This document shows, piece after piece, positions 10,811 through 22,797 of a DNA stretch of 64,000 nt (the stretch's first letter is position 1; each line of letters starts with the position of its first letter). The translations under genes and the position numbers were made by a program. Source of the stretch: Blepharisma stoltei ATCC 30299. Taxonomy: Eukaryota > Protista > Ciliophora. Where the stretch lies: NCBI GenBank assembly GCA_965603825.1, contig CBFDEM010000062.1, forward strand, positions 620,001 through 684,000, written 5' to 3'. The notes beneath the pieces are model-generated. The model made no database searches and had not been told where the DNA came from. It worked only from the letters and a program-made list of their open reading frames with translations.

Positions 10811-12760
10811 ATGCCTCCTAAAAAGAAAGCAGAACCTATAGAATCTTCAATAGAGCAGTTCAAGGGAGAAGCCCAAGAAATAGAGCTTGAAGCAATTGAA
10901 TTAACTGATGATGTGACTTCTCTTGGAAATCGGCTATTTATCTGCTACTTGAGGCAGCATTTAATAGGAAAAGGTGTGCTAAATAACCAAATAATCCAAA
11001 TCCAAATATATGGCAGACCTCAAAATTTTAAGTTGACAATTACTTTAGAAGCGCAGCTGGATTCATTGAGTATAAATGAAGAAGCAAGTTTGCCATATCT
11101 CATAACAAAAGCCACACAATTTCATATTAAATCAAAGCCTGAAATTCCAAAGGAGCCAGAAAAAGAAGTAAAAGTGCTGCCTATTAGGATAGGAGGGCTT
11201 CACAGCCAACTGCAGAACCTTAAGCAAATTGTGGAGATTTCTTTGGTTTGTCCTGAAATTTATGAAGAATTGAATATTCCAGCTCCAAAAGGGGTGCTGC
11301 TTTATGGACCTCCTGGGACTGGGAAAACAATGATTGCGAGATATATAGCTGAACAAACTAAGGCAAAATTAATCATCTTCAACAACTCAATTTTTAGCAA
11401 GTTTGTAGGGGAAAGTGAGCAAAAAATCCATGAGCTATTTGATGAAGCCAGGAGTGCAGCCCCGGCCATAATTTTTATTGATGAAATTGATACACTGTGC
11501 CCGAAGCGAGATTCTGGTATTGAAGAATACCAAAAAAGAATAGTTACGACTTTTCTATCAGAACTTGACGGTGTTACCTCAAACTCTAAAGTATTAGTAA
11601 TAGCTACAACCAATAGACAAAATACTTTAGATGCAGCATTGAGAAGACCAGGACGCCTTGATAAAGAAATAGAAATTCCAGTCCCTTCAAGAGATGACAG
11701 GCTAGAAATTATTACTTTGATATGTGAAAATATGAAGAAAGTCAGACTGTCAGCTGAAGAAATGGGCATGCTGCTTGAACAGACACATGGATTCGTAGGT
11801 GCTGATTTGGTAAGTTTGTGCAGAGAAGCAGGAATTAGGGCGATTGCAAGGTATCAATTAGGCAATCAACTAGAAGTGACATATGAGGATTTTATTGGAG
11901 CATTGTCTGAGGTCTCTCCTAGTGCTTTAAGAGATCTCATTATTGAGGTTCCAAAAGTGAAATGGAGTGATATAGGAGGCTATGACGAAGTAAAACTACA
12001 AATAAAACAAGCTGTAGAATGGCCTCTTGAGTATCCAGAAAAATTTGAAAAATTCGCATTAAGGCCTTCAAAAGGAATTTTATTATATGGGCCTCCTGGC
12101 TGCAGTAAGACAATGCTCGCCAAAGCTGTAGCAACTGAATCAAAAATGAACTTTATGGCTATCAAAGGCCCTGAATTGTTTTCAAAATACGTCGGAGAAA
12201 CAGAAAGATCAATTAGAGAGATCTTCAGAAAGGCCAGGATGTGTGCCCCAAGCATTATATTTATTGACGAAATTGATGCTATTGGCTCACATAGAGAAGA
12301 AGACAGCTCAGGAGTCAACGAAAAAGTGCTAACAACACTTCTTAACGAAATGGACGGAATAGAAGTACTTAAAGACGTCATCATTTTGGCTGCCACTAAT
12401 AGGCCAAATATTATAGATAAAGCTTTAGTTAGACCTGGGAGAATTGATAAAATGATTTATATTCCACTTCCAGATAGAACTGCTAGAGAGCTAATCTTGA
12501 GCCTTAGCATGTCCAAAATGCCTATTTCTGGCGATGTTAACATCACAGAAATTGCTGGTATTCTTGAAGGTTACTCAGGGGCAGAAGTCGTTTTAATCCC
12601 AAGAGAAGCTGGAATTTTAGCTATCACAGAAAACTTAGACGCAGAAGTTGTGAACAAAAACCATTTTATGCAAGCCATCGCAAAAATTAAGCCAAGAACC
12701 ACAAGGGAAGAAATACAGTTTTATGAAGCTTTTGAGAGAAATTTGAATAAAATTAATTAG
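10811..12760 (+). CDS. Double-AAA ATPase of the CDC48 family, AFG2/SPATA5 (Drg1)-like
   Basis: Two AAA modules: GPPGTGKT / IFIDEID / RRPGRLD and GPPGCSKT / KGPELFSKYVGE / RPGRID. GCSKT in D2 is typical of AFG2/SPATA5. Confidence 0.85.
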   Translation: MPPKKKAEPIESSIEQFKGEAQEIELEAIELTDDVTSLGNRLFICYLRQHLIGKGVLNNQIIQIQIYGRPQNFKLTITLEAQLDSLSINEEASLPYLITKATQFHIKSKPEIPKEPEKEVKVLPIRIGGLHSQLQNLKQIVEISLVCPEIYEELNIPAPKGVLLYGPPGTGKTMIARYIAEQTKAKLIIFNNSIFSKFVGESEQKIHELFDEARSAAPAIIFIDEIDTLCPKRDSGIEEYQKRIVTTFLSELDGVTSNSKVLVIATTNRQNTLDAALRRPGRLDKEIEIPVPSRDDRLEIITLICENMKKVRLSAEEMGMLLEQTHGFVGADLVSLCREAGIRAIARYQLGNQLEVTYEDFIGALSEVSPSALRDLIIEVPKVKWSDIGGYDEVKLQIKQAVEWPLEYPEKFEKFALRPSKGILLYGPPGCSKTMLAKAVATESKMNFMAIKGPELFSKYVGETERSIREIFRKARMCAPSIIFIDEIDAIGSHREEDSSGVNEKVLTTLLNEMDGIEVLKDVIILAATNRPNIIDKALVRPGRIDKMIYIPLPDRTARELILSLSMSKMPISGDVNITEIAGILEGYSGAEVVLIPREAGILAITENLDAEVVNKNHFMQAIAKIKPRTTREEIQFYEAFERNLNKIN

Positions 12761-12774
12761 CGTGTAATCTTGGA

Positions 12775-13929
12775 CTAGTAGCAGTGAGAAAACTTTCTTA
12801 AAAATATTATGAAACTGATAAGGTTAATAAGGATCGGCAAAATAAAAATAATGAGTCCTGTAAGGAATTGAGCATAATGCCGATCACTAAGACTCTGATT
12901 GCAAATATAGTTAATAGATGTTTCCGTGTAAAGGTCTTTTAAATAAAATGTGTGTGAATGAATTAGATCTCCTAAAGTATTTTTATGAGTGATTTCTATA
13001 AGCCCAGTTTCCCAATCAATTTCAAATGTTGAAAAGTGTTTTTCGTGCACCCTCGGATAAACATTATAAGGCATCTGGACATATATCGAAAAATACGGAA
13101 TAATAACAGGCCCATATGTAGTTAGCTCTGTATGAGAGAGTCCACTTGCAGTAATTTCATAAATTGGGTACTTCCAACATTTATTTAGCAATAATTCTCC
13201 GTAGTGAATATCACCAGTCACCAATATCACCCCTGGGATATCTTTAATTAAATTGAGCAGCCTTATCCTGCTTTTCTCATGTATCATCTCAGCGAGCAAA
13301 TATCTATACTCTACATTTACCTGAATTCCTACAAGAATTAATGTAATTTCTCCAGGATTTTTCAGTTCTTTTCCTAACCACTCCCATTGTTCCTCTCCAA
13401 AAGTGTCTCCATCAGGGTTATCTTTATCATCACTAAACCACCGATTATCGAGCAAAATAAGTTTTATCCTTTTCCCAGACTCTCCAAACATTACTGAGTG
13501 ATAAATCCCTTCATGATCTCTTGTTTCGTTTAGAAATTCCAAAAAAAATTGCTTGGAAATTTCTTTATGGATAAAAGTTTTGTTTCCAGCATTTAGGCCA
13601 TAGTCATGATCATCCCAAATCCCAGTTACCATGGTAGAATTGCTGAGTTCGGCGTAGCTGGGGAGCGTTTTTAAGTTGTTATAAGTTTGCTGCCAGTCAG
13701 AAAATTTCATAGTAGTGTGCATAAAAGGTAAATACATTTCGTCAGCATAGACGACATCGCCCAACCATAGAAATAAATCTGGCTGCCAAGTGTTAATACT
13801 TGTAAATATTCTTGGATTTGAGTTATTGAATTGACCATAGCAAGAGCCAAATGCGATTTTTGATATTGTTTTGGTAGGGGAGAGTGGAAGTGCAAAAATA
13901 ATTCCTACTAAAACGAGTTGAATTTTCAT
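12775..13929 (-). CDS. PhoD-like alkaline phosphatase / metallophosphoesterase, membrane anchored
   Basis: Motifs IAFGSC, WLGDVVYAD, WDDHDY, LLDNR and TGDIH. Signal peptide from ATG 13929 and a C-terminal TM. Confidence 0.9.
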   Translation of the reverse strand: MKIQLVLVGIIFALPLSPTKTISKIAFGSCYGQFNNSNPRIFTSINTWQPDLFLWLGDVVYADEMYLPFMHTTMKFSDWQQTYNNLKTLPSYAELSNSTMVTGIWDDHDYGLNAGNKTFIHKEISKQFFLEFLNETRDHEGIYHSVMFGESGKRIKLILLDNRWFSDDKDNPDGDTFGEEQWEWLGKELKNPGEITLILVGIQVNVEYRYLLAEMIHEKSRIRLLNLIKDIPGVILVTGDIHYGELLLNKCWKYPIYEITASGLSHTELTTYGPVIIPYFSIYVQMPYNVYPRVHEKHFSTFEIDWETGLIEITHKNTLGDLIHSHTFYLKDLYTETSINYICNQSLSDRHYAQFLTGLIIFILPILINLISFIIFLRKFSHCY

Positions 13930-14375
13930 TAAAAACCAACTATTTTTATAACTTTCCAAAAATAAGCATAAGCAAATATAATAAAAAACTGGGTGTCTGA
14001 GTTTTTGATAATTGATTTTGAGGTCTGTATATTTCCTCTTTATAGAAATTAAGAAAATGAATAATATGATAGATAGCGTCTAGAATTTTACTAAAACTGG
14101 ATTGAATACATACAGTTTATATATTTACATCTATTTCATAATTTATTTCAAATATTCAATGAAATTATTTCCACAATCTGCTTTTGCAAGTTTTATATTA
14201 ACTTATAAATATTTCTGCATACCATTTATTATTATAATTAATTAAAACATCGACAAACCCAACTTTGATATTTTTGTAGGCACAGCTCTTTCAAGATATT
14301 TCTATTTTTTTAATGGCCTTCATTTTTAATTTAATTCTGATATTAGATATCCAATTGATTAAACATTATTATTAC

Positions 14376-15665
14376 ATGACACTTCAAACTCTATTTCTAT
14401 TTGTCGGAATTGTGTTGGGATATATCAAAATTCCCCTGGAAAAGATAATAAAAACCAACACAGTAGAATTATCATATGTAATTCCATTTGAAAGCTCGAT
14501 AGACTTAATAGACTTAAGTGTAACGAGTTACATTGACAACATGAGCAATAAACTATACAGAGGGAATATTTCAGTTGGCACGCCTCCCATTGAATTCAAC
14601 GTTGTTTTTGATACTGGAGTTAGTTGGATGCTGATACCATCAATAAAATGTAAATCGTCTTGTCACAAATGTGATAATTTTTTTAATTCTTCAGCAAGCT
14701 CATCTTTCAAGTCACTGAATCAAGAAATTAGGGTCGATTTCGGCTCTTGAAATGCTATCGGGAATTTAGGTAGCGAATTAGTTTCAACAAAAGAAGCTCG
14801 CGAGCTTTCGGTTTCTGATCAAGCTTTTATTTCGATAAATAATGATAAAGGATTAGAAAATCTTGGAGCAGACGGCATTTTAGGACTAGGATATAGCAAG
14901 TTATCAGATGGATACCCAACTTTTTTAGATAACTTAATGCACCAAAAACAAATCAGCAAGAAAATATTTTCGATTTATATTAGCGATAATAAGTACGAAA
15001 GAGAATCAGCTATCATATTTGGTGGCTATGATTTGCCAAGCTATACAAAAAATGAGGAGGTTAAATATGTGAGAGTTCTTTCTGAGACAGGATATTGAGC
15101 TGTTTTATTGTCTAAACTTAAAGTTGGGAAGTCTATATTAAAATCTGCTTCTGTTGCCGCAATTATTGACTCTGGAAGAAGCATGATATCAGTTCCAAAA
15201 GTTGATTTAGAGTATATTCATAAGAAAATAGAAGACCAAGGGCAATGTATAAAAGATTCTGGCGATTTAATTTGCGATTGCGGAACATCATATGTGATTG
15301 AAGACTATCCGATTATATCGTTTACTTTGGGCTCAGAATATATATTTACGCTAGGGCCTGAGGATTATTTTCTAAAAACAAATAAAAAATGCCAACTTCT
15401 TTTTAGCCAATTGCCAATCAGCAATTATTGGATACTTGGAGATGTTTTTCTAAGGAGATATTATTCAATATTTGATGCAGAAAAGAGCATGATAGGGTTT
15501 TCATTGTCAATAAACTCAAAGGATGAGGAGACGCCTATACTGATGATAATGCTAATTATTTTATCAACAGTTATTGCATCTCTTATGTGCATTGGCATAA
15601 TTATTTGCTATATGAAAAAGAATTATGAAAAAACTCATCCATTTAATTATCAAAGAATAGATTAA
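14376..15665 (+). CDS. Pepsin-family (A1) aspartic protease with C-terminal TM anchor
   Basis: Motifs VFDTG, DGILGLG, IIDSG and WILGDVFLR. In-frame TGA at 14748-14750 and 15096-15098; the second gives the conserved GY-W. Confidence 0.9.
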
Positions 15666-15982
15666 TCTAATAATAAAATTATCTTAGAATTAAAATCAAA
15701 GATTATAGTTAGATTCTAGATTTAAGCTAATCAGAAGCTATTAAATTTATCATAATAAAATTATTTCATCAATTCAATTTTGGAGGAATGCAATTTTAAT
15801 AATAATTTATAGTGATAAAATTTAAATAAACAGCCTAATGGCTATTTAGTATTCTTTATGAATTAGGCATTAATTCAAGTGCCATCGATATTTATAATAT
15901 GAGTCTTTTGTGCTAAAAAGGCTTACCAATTTTAAAATATTAGTAGTTAAGACAAGTCTATTAAAATTAATAAATAGTGGAT

Positions 15983-18646
15983 ATGTCAAGTTCGCCTTCA
16001 GATTTTGATAGCGATGTGGATTTTTCTGACGATTCAGATCTAGATATAAGTGAAGGAGCAGGGGTTGCCAAAATTTCAAGTGGCGCTCAAGTTGATAAGC
16101 CAGCAGAACCAAAACAATTAGAAATTCCCGTTAAAGCTGAACCCATCATTACTCAGATAGTAGAAGAAATAAAGCGAATTTTACCCCCAAAGCCTCAAAA
16201 GCCAAAAACTGCCAAAGCAAAAGCCCGCCGTTCATTAAGCCTCAGCAGAATTCCATTGCTAAATAAAGAAACCATAAACAAAGACACATATGATATTGAG
16301 AAACTTCTGAATCCAAAAGTCCAAAAAGCAGCACTCCAAACTTTAGGCTTAGAAAAGCAAATTTCTCTTCCAAAAAGTTTCAATTTGAATTTAGAAAACG
16401 AAACAAAGCCAACCCCAAAAGTTACTGATGTCGCTAACCGCCTCTTAGAGAACTGGGAAAAAGTCAAGGCAAAAAAATTAGCAAATAGAGCACAATCAGA
16501 CCAAAAGGAGATGGAGCAGTGCCCATTTAAACCTAAAATAAATAATACTGAAGCCAAAAACCGATCACATGATGAGTTTTACGAAGATATGAAAAAGTAT
16601 TTAGATGAAAAACTAAAAAAAATAAAAAATAAACAAGACGAAAATGAAGAGCTTATCAGAACCAAAAGCTTAGAACTGCCTTTTACACCTTTACTGTGTG
16701 CATATTCATTGAAAATTGAGTCAGCGAAAGCAGAAAATACCATGCCTAGGCACGAAAGACTTTATCAGCTTCACAAATCAAAAGATAACCAAAGCCTGCA
16801 AAGTATTCTGCGAGACAAATCATTTGCTTCAACCCAAATGACCCAATCAACTGATGACTCCCAGGTTTTATTCCACCCTACAGTGAATAAAAGATCCAAA
16901 GAATTAGTGAGAGACAGCTCAGTTGAAAATATTTTATATCAAGATGCCTTAAGAAGACATCACAAAAGTGTTGACGCTCCAGCTCCTCGAGTCCCTGATA
17001 AAGTCATATGCAGCAACTCAGAAAAAGTACTAATAGAAAAACTGAAAAATGAATTTGAAGATGAGTGGAATCTTGTTGATATTGATGATACAAATATCGT
17101 CACATATTCAAGAATGCTGGAAATACTTAGAAGCATGTATTTCTTATTGAATCCGAAAAAACAAGAAGAAGCAAGGCTGCTTACATTAGATCTTTGGAAA
17201 ATTTTAGAATCAAGCTATACGCCAGTGAATAAAGAGTCACTAGTAGTAGCACTTATTGCGATTATGGGATTTTATCAGGAATGGATGAATGATGAAGAAA
17301 AGTTTCCTAATAGGTTGAATCTTTCTAAAGAGCAAGCGAAAAAACTTCATTTTAGGAATTCCTTACTCTATGAGAACAGATTGTCTGTTGTAAATAAAAG
17401 CACTATCAATAAAACATATAGGGAAAACTATGATTTTTCATTTAAGCCTCAAATATGCGCACAGTCAGAAAGGTTAGTTACGTCTTCAGTTGACAAAAAG
17501 CCGAGGAATTCAGATTCACTAGCAGTTGAGCTGTATAGAGAAAGGGTAAAACTCCAACAGAAACAAGACGCTTTAAAACAAAAATTCAGTGAATTAGAGC
17601 TTAAAGACTGCACCTTTGCCCCTAGAGTAAAGGAATTGCCTAAATCTTATCAGCAGGCTAAAATAACAGACAAAGAAACACTATCAAAAGACTACAAAAA
17701 CCTCATAAGCTCTGCTCCTACAAAAGTCGAAAGAACTGCTGCATTGTTTTCTTTGGCATCTTTGGAAAAAAATAGAAAGGAAAATAACTATAAGCCTTAT
17801 GAAGAACAAGAAGAGGAAAAAAATAAAGAAGATCTGACGTTCAAGCCTAAACTGTATCAGAGAGAAAAAATTGATGAAGATAAAGAAAAGCATGCTGGGG
17901 TACAAGAAACAGTGGAAAGAATTGTAAAAGCAAGAAGAGATAGAGAAATAGTAAAAGCATGAAGAGAAAAAGGATGGACTAGGTCTCCTGAGTCTCGCCA
18001 AGCTGAAGCTAAAGAAGAAACGAGAGGCAGAAATCCTTTAAGGCCTCCACAAAAAGTCCCTGATAAAAGTGTCAAAGATAAAGAAACTAAAAAGATACCC
18101 AAAGAAGAAAAAGCGAAAAAAATCCCTATCAAAAGGCCATTTCCCAAGCCTCAAAATAAGCTGCCTCTTTCTAAAGCTAAAGAAGAAAAGCCTAAGCCAG
18201 TAGCTAAGCCAATAGAAAGCCTAGAAAATTCAAAAGACTCTATAGACTCTCACAATTCGATATCTACAGCATCATCAGAAATCCATGCTGAGTGCCTAAA
18301 TAACTCCGGCTCCAGCTTAGAAAATGGTAAATTTATCTCAAATGAAGTCATTTACGAAGACGAAGAAATGGAAAACACTTCAGAAGAAGGAGACCTTCAT
18401 CAAGAAAGCACTGAAAATCAAGACCAAGAAGGAATAGAAAGCGAAGAAAGCTCTTACTCTGATGAGGATGAAAATACGTTTAACATAGAAATCAACCTAG
18501 GAAATGGCAAGACTGAGTATTTAGCAATAACAAAAGGAGTAGACCCAGAAGATTCTGTTAGAGAGTTCTCAGCAAAGCATGGGATTACAGGAGAAGCAGA
18601 GGCAAAAATTCTACAGCTGGTGAAAAATCTTCCTAGTGAATCCTAA
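15983..18646 (+). CDS. Ciliate-type protein with CTFxPK motifs and a C-terminal 'IEINLGNGK..AI.KG.DPE' domain (paralog of 3129..5219)
   Basis: Open frame from ATG 15983 through TGA 17960-17962 into ORF 18368..18646. Confidence 0.85.
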
Positions 18647-18683
18647 AATTTAATTTCATATTTGCAGTTAAATTTTTATAAAA

Positions 18684-21107
18684 ATGTCATCTAATTTTGC
18701 CTCGAAAATAGCCCATTCGGCGGGAAAAGTTTCTCTTACTTCAGACAGTCAAAACAAGTAATATTTATTCAGTGTTATCTATAGCGGCGGAAATGACACA
18801 TTAATCCATTGCCTTTCTTCAGAAAGCATGAAAACTTATGACTGGGACCATTCAATTACAGCTTTAGGATTTTACAATAACTCATTGATACTTGGGGATA
18901 GCGAAGGCAAAGTATACTCTATCAATAATCTTGAGACGAAAGAAAAAAGTTTAGTTGCTTCCTTAACTGGGGAAGTTACTTGTATTTCTGTAAGAGAAAA
19001 TCTTATAGCAATTTCTGGAGAACAGTCAAGTCCACTAATAGTAGCCGATAACTCAATAAAAACCTTGGAACCAGGGCACAATGGAGGAGTAATGAGTGTT
19101 TCTATAAGTCCAAATCTCGCTTATCTTTCGAGCATGGGATATGATGGAAAGCTGAAAATCTTTGATACACAAACAAAAGAGAATGTTTATGCTCTCGATG
19201 TAGTAAGACCATTAAAAGGTGCCACTCAGCAGATGTTGCAAGGAGATTGGAGTCCAGACAGCTCTAGCTATGCTATCCCTGGAGACATGGTATTCAGCTT
19301 CATATGTTTAAAAAATGGTAGCTGAAAATACGAGCCTACCAAAATTGTCTGCAATAACAACATTTCTATCATAAAATGGCCGTTTCCCAATACACTAGTC
19401 ACAGCAAGTCTTGAAAAAAAGATAAGGATCTGGAACATAGAAAAATCAAAATGCTTACAAATAATAGATAGTCCAGAGATGCCTTGCTCCTTATTGATTT
19501 TTAATAGAAATTTGATTGCAGCAAGCTTTGATGGAAAAGTTGAAGTCTATAATAATGTTGAATGGGGAATTAAAGAAATTGAAGAAAAAGAAGCAACTAT
19601 AGAGGTTTCTGAAGGAAAAAATGCAGATGATAAAGAGGAGGATGAGAATAAGTATTTTTTCCAGAGAGCTATTGGGGCGTTCCCTCAAGAACCAATTGCT
19701 TCTGCAATTACTGATACCTCATATGCTATATTATTTTGGAGCTTATCAGGCAAAATAGTGAGCAAAGAGTTTTTTACAGCTGAAGGAGTCCACAACTCAG
19801 TTATAGAAATTACTTTTTCAGAAATTTCTTTTCATAAGAACCTCTTTTTTTCTAATGATTATAACTTGGTTTTGGCAACTATGGGTAAAAGTGGAGCACT
19901 TCTAGGCTCAAAGTCAGCCGAAGAAGAAGTGGATGATGGGTTTATTGCAGAAGATTCCACTCACCAGCGACCAAGGCTAGTTTTTAAGAGCTTCTTAGAA
20001 GATCATGACTGGGTTATTGCACTTCCGTGGCGAGAAAACCCTGAATCTCTTGTTGTTGGAAACACATGGTGTGCAGCCGTAACATCTCTTATTTATCTTA
20101 GGATTTTTAGTATAGAAGGTATACAAACTCATATCATTTCTCTTCCTTTGCCGATTGTTTCACTTGCCAGCTATGAAAACCAATTCGCAATGGTTTATCA
20201 CTCTGGACCTCCAGTGCTTGGATGCCAAACTTTAAGATGCGAAATTTGGCAGATGAATACTCTGGTAACTGAAAATGAGCCTGAAACTTTTGTTAAAGAA
20301 GAAATAAGCATAGGTCTAAGTCCTGATGAATCTCTGCAATGGTTTGGCTACTCAGAAAGTGGGCTCCTTTGTACGGTAGATTCAGGCTGTGTTGTCAGAG
20401 GTCTATGAAGAAGAACTGGGCATTGAACTCCACTATGTGAAGTCCTTGATTTTAACAGAATTGTAGGAGTTTCTAATAACGAAATAGTCGGAGTAAACAG
20501 AGAATCAGAGCTTCTAGAGACAAAGCCTTTCAAAATCCCTGTCTGTCAAAATAAAACATCAGAACTAGAGGAAGAGTCCATTTTGTCGAAATTCAACTTA
20601 GATCATGATAGAATTGAGACTGAAGTAAGCGAGAAGAATTTTCTAGAGATAGACAAACTAGCGCTAAAAGGCATGCAAATTGCAGCTGAAAGCGGAGACT
20701 ACATAAAAGCTGTAGGATATACAAAATTACTAGTTACCAAAAAGTCAAAAGCGATTGCGTATACTTTTGCTAATAAATTTGCAACTCAATTAAAAATTCC
20801 CTTCTTCCTAAAAAAAGTTCTCGCAGCTTTAGGATATGAGCAAGAGCAAAAAGAGGTTATTAGAAAAGAAAGCAAGCCAGTTGTAGCAGAGCCTGTAAAT
20901 CCGGTTAGTTTTACTCCTAAACAGCCAGAGATTCAAGCTACCCCTCAGCCTACAATGCAAGAAGCTCCTATACCTTTTACTAAATCAAAAACAGAAAACA
21001 TGAACTTTTTCGAGTCTTTAGATGCTCAGCAGCCACTTAAAAGGAAAATCGAGCCAGAATCAAGCTCAACCAAAAAACGAAAATTACAAAAATCAGGTGA
21101 AAATTAA
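18684..21107 (+). CDS. WDHD1: Ctf4/AND-1/WDHD1 replisome hub (WD40 + SepB domain)
   Basis: N-terminal WD40 repeats. SepB motifs: W....P..E......G..W.A..TS..YLRIFS..GIQ, L.WFGYSESG and W-TP. Intron 18758..18772; TGA at 19323, 20406 and 20424. Confidence 0.88.
18758..18772 (+). other. 15-nt spliceosomal intron
   Basis: gtaatatttattcag; removes an in-frame TAA. Confidence 0.85.
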
Positions 21108-21135
21108 TAAAATTAAGTAAATTTTAATAAATAAA

Positions 21136-21723
21136 ATGAAGCTCTATGCTCATTATAGAGAAAACACATATACAGTAATACTAGAACCACATCGAAGCGT
21201 TGGCTACCTCGCAGGCTTAATTGCAGGCTTAACCTCCAATTGCTCAATCTGGATTAGCAAATTTCCAAGCGGCCAAGAAATTTCTGAAAACATCGCGATT
21301 TCTTCGTTTTTTGATGAAAATGATGACGTGTGGGTTGTAAGAAGTGAAGAAAGCAAGGCTCCAATATCAGTAGGCAATAAGCCTAAAGAAGCTCTAGAGT
21401 ATTTAAGCCTATCACAATATTCCTTTTATGAGTCTGGAAAAATGTGGGTAAAGGTCGATGTTCCATTCGAAGGGATTGGAGCTCATCCAAAAGAACTGAT
21501 TTCTCATGAATTTGGGGAAAGATATTTTGGGTTTTCTATTAGAAATTTCAAAGGGAAAAACTATAAATTTTTCGTACCTAAACTCCAATGCAAAATCAAT
21601 CCAGAAAAATCTAAAATTGCTATTATGAGTGGCAGCATAAGAGTGAGCTTATATAAGGACAAGGAAAATGATAACTGGTTCTCGCTGTTCAAAGCTAAAA
21701 CTATTGGAGGGGATGATGACTAG
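21136..21723 (+). CDS. CS-domain co-chaperone (CacyBP/SGT1/p23-like)
   Basis: LSQYSFYES..VKVDVP..GI...F.ER.F...I...GKNY...L...INPEKS.....I.V.L.K....W. Confidence 0.75.
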   Translation: MKLYAHYRENTYTVILEPHRSVGYLAGLIAGLTSNCSIWISKFPSGQEISENIAISSFFDENDDVWVVRSEESKAPISVGNKPKEALEYLSLSQYSFYESGKMWVKVDVPFEGIGAHPKELISHEFGERYFGFSIRNFKGKNYKFFVPKLQCKINPEKSKIAIMSGSIRVSLYKDKENDNWFSLFKAKTIGGDDD

Positions 21724-21886
21724 TTAATGAATTATTCTTTTAATTATCAATAGCATGCTATAAAACAAAATTTAAATAAACTTCACTTAATCTTATAAAA
21801 ATAATCAATAGCTTGCTGATTTCTTCAATTATTCTTGAATATTCCCATTTATTCTCCTGATTTTAATAAATTTTCTTGTGAATTAA

Positions 21887-22723
21887 ATGTTTGGCTTATT
21901 CGGTAAGAAGAAACCTAAGGTTTTGCGAGAATTCACCCATGGAACCACAAAACTTCAAATTGTTCGAAATTCTATCAGCAAAGAAAATGTTGGAGCAATA
22001 GTCAATATTACAAATGCTACATTAGACCAGCCTGACGGAGTAGCCAAAGAAATCATCAGCAGCGGAAGTCATCAGATGCTCCTAGATTGTAGAAAATGGG
22101 TACTTGATAATGGACAGCTCGCTCCTGGACACATAGCAGTCACGCCAGGAGGAAAACTAGCAGCAATTCACATCATTCACCTATCATCCCCTAGCTATCA
22201 AAGATCACTTCCAGGCCAAGACGCAGCCCTTCGAGAGTTGATTTGGAGCTGCCTCGCAAAAGGGGAAGAGCTAGGAATTAATTCAATAGCTTTGCCTGCT
22301 TTTTGTATAGGGTCATTTGGGTATCCATTAGATTTAGTGGTCCCTGTCATGCTGAATACAGTTCAACAGTATCTTCTATCACATGAAGATACGAAATATA
22401 ACTTAATTCGCTTCACAAACCAAGACAAGTCTATTTACGAAGTATTTGTCAGCGAATTCGAAAGAAGATGGCCGGACTCAATCCCACAAAGTAAGAAAAA
22501 GGCTAAAAAATCAAGACAGCTGGCATCATCACTGACACCAGGAATGGATAGACTTGTTGAGAGGGAAATTGAAAGGCAAAGAGTTTCTTCACCAAAGCCA
22601 CAGAAGGCAAAAGCAAAGCCAAGCAAGAAGAAAAACGATAAAAATGAGCAAGACATTGAGCTGAAAGATGGCGTTAACTTGGAGGCTTTGAGAAATGTAG
22701 CCTTTAAAGAAGATAGAAAATAA
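21887..22723 (+). CDS. Macro-domain protein
   Basis: AIVNITN, VTPGGKLAAIHIIH, SIALPAFCIGSFGYP; basic low-complexity tail. Confidence 0.85.
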   Translation: MFGLFGKKKPKVLREFTHGTTKLQIVRNSISKENVGAIVNITNATLDQPDGVAKEIISSGSHQMLLDCRKWVLDNGQLAPGHIAVTPGGKLAAIHIIHLSSPSYQRSLPGQDAALRELIWSCLAKGEELGINSIALPAFCIGSFGYPLDLVVPVMLNTVQQYLLSHEDTKYNLIRFTNQDKSIYEVFVSEFERRWPDSIPQSKKKAKKSRQLASSLTPGMDRLVEREIERQRVSSPKPQKAKAKPSKKKNDKNEQDIELKDGVNLEALRNVAFKEDRK

Positions 22724-22797
22724 GTAATCTTCTTATATATGCTTAAAAATATTTTGAGCTAATTTAGTAGTAAAAAATCATTATAAATACTTTAAAT

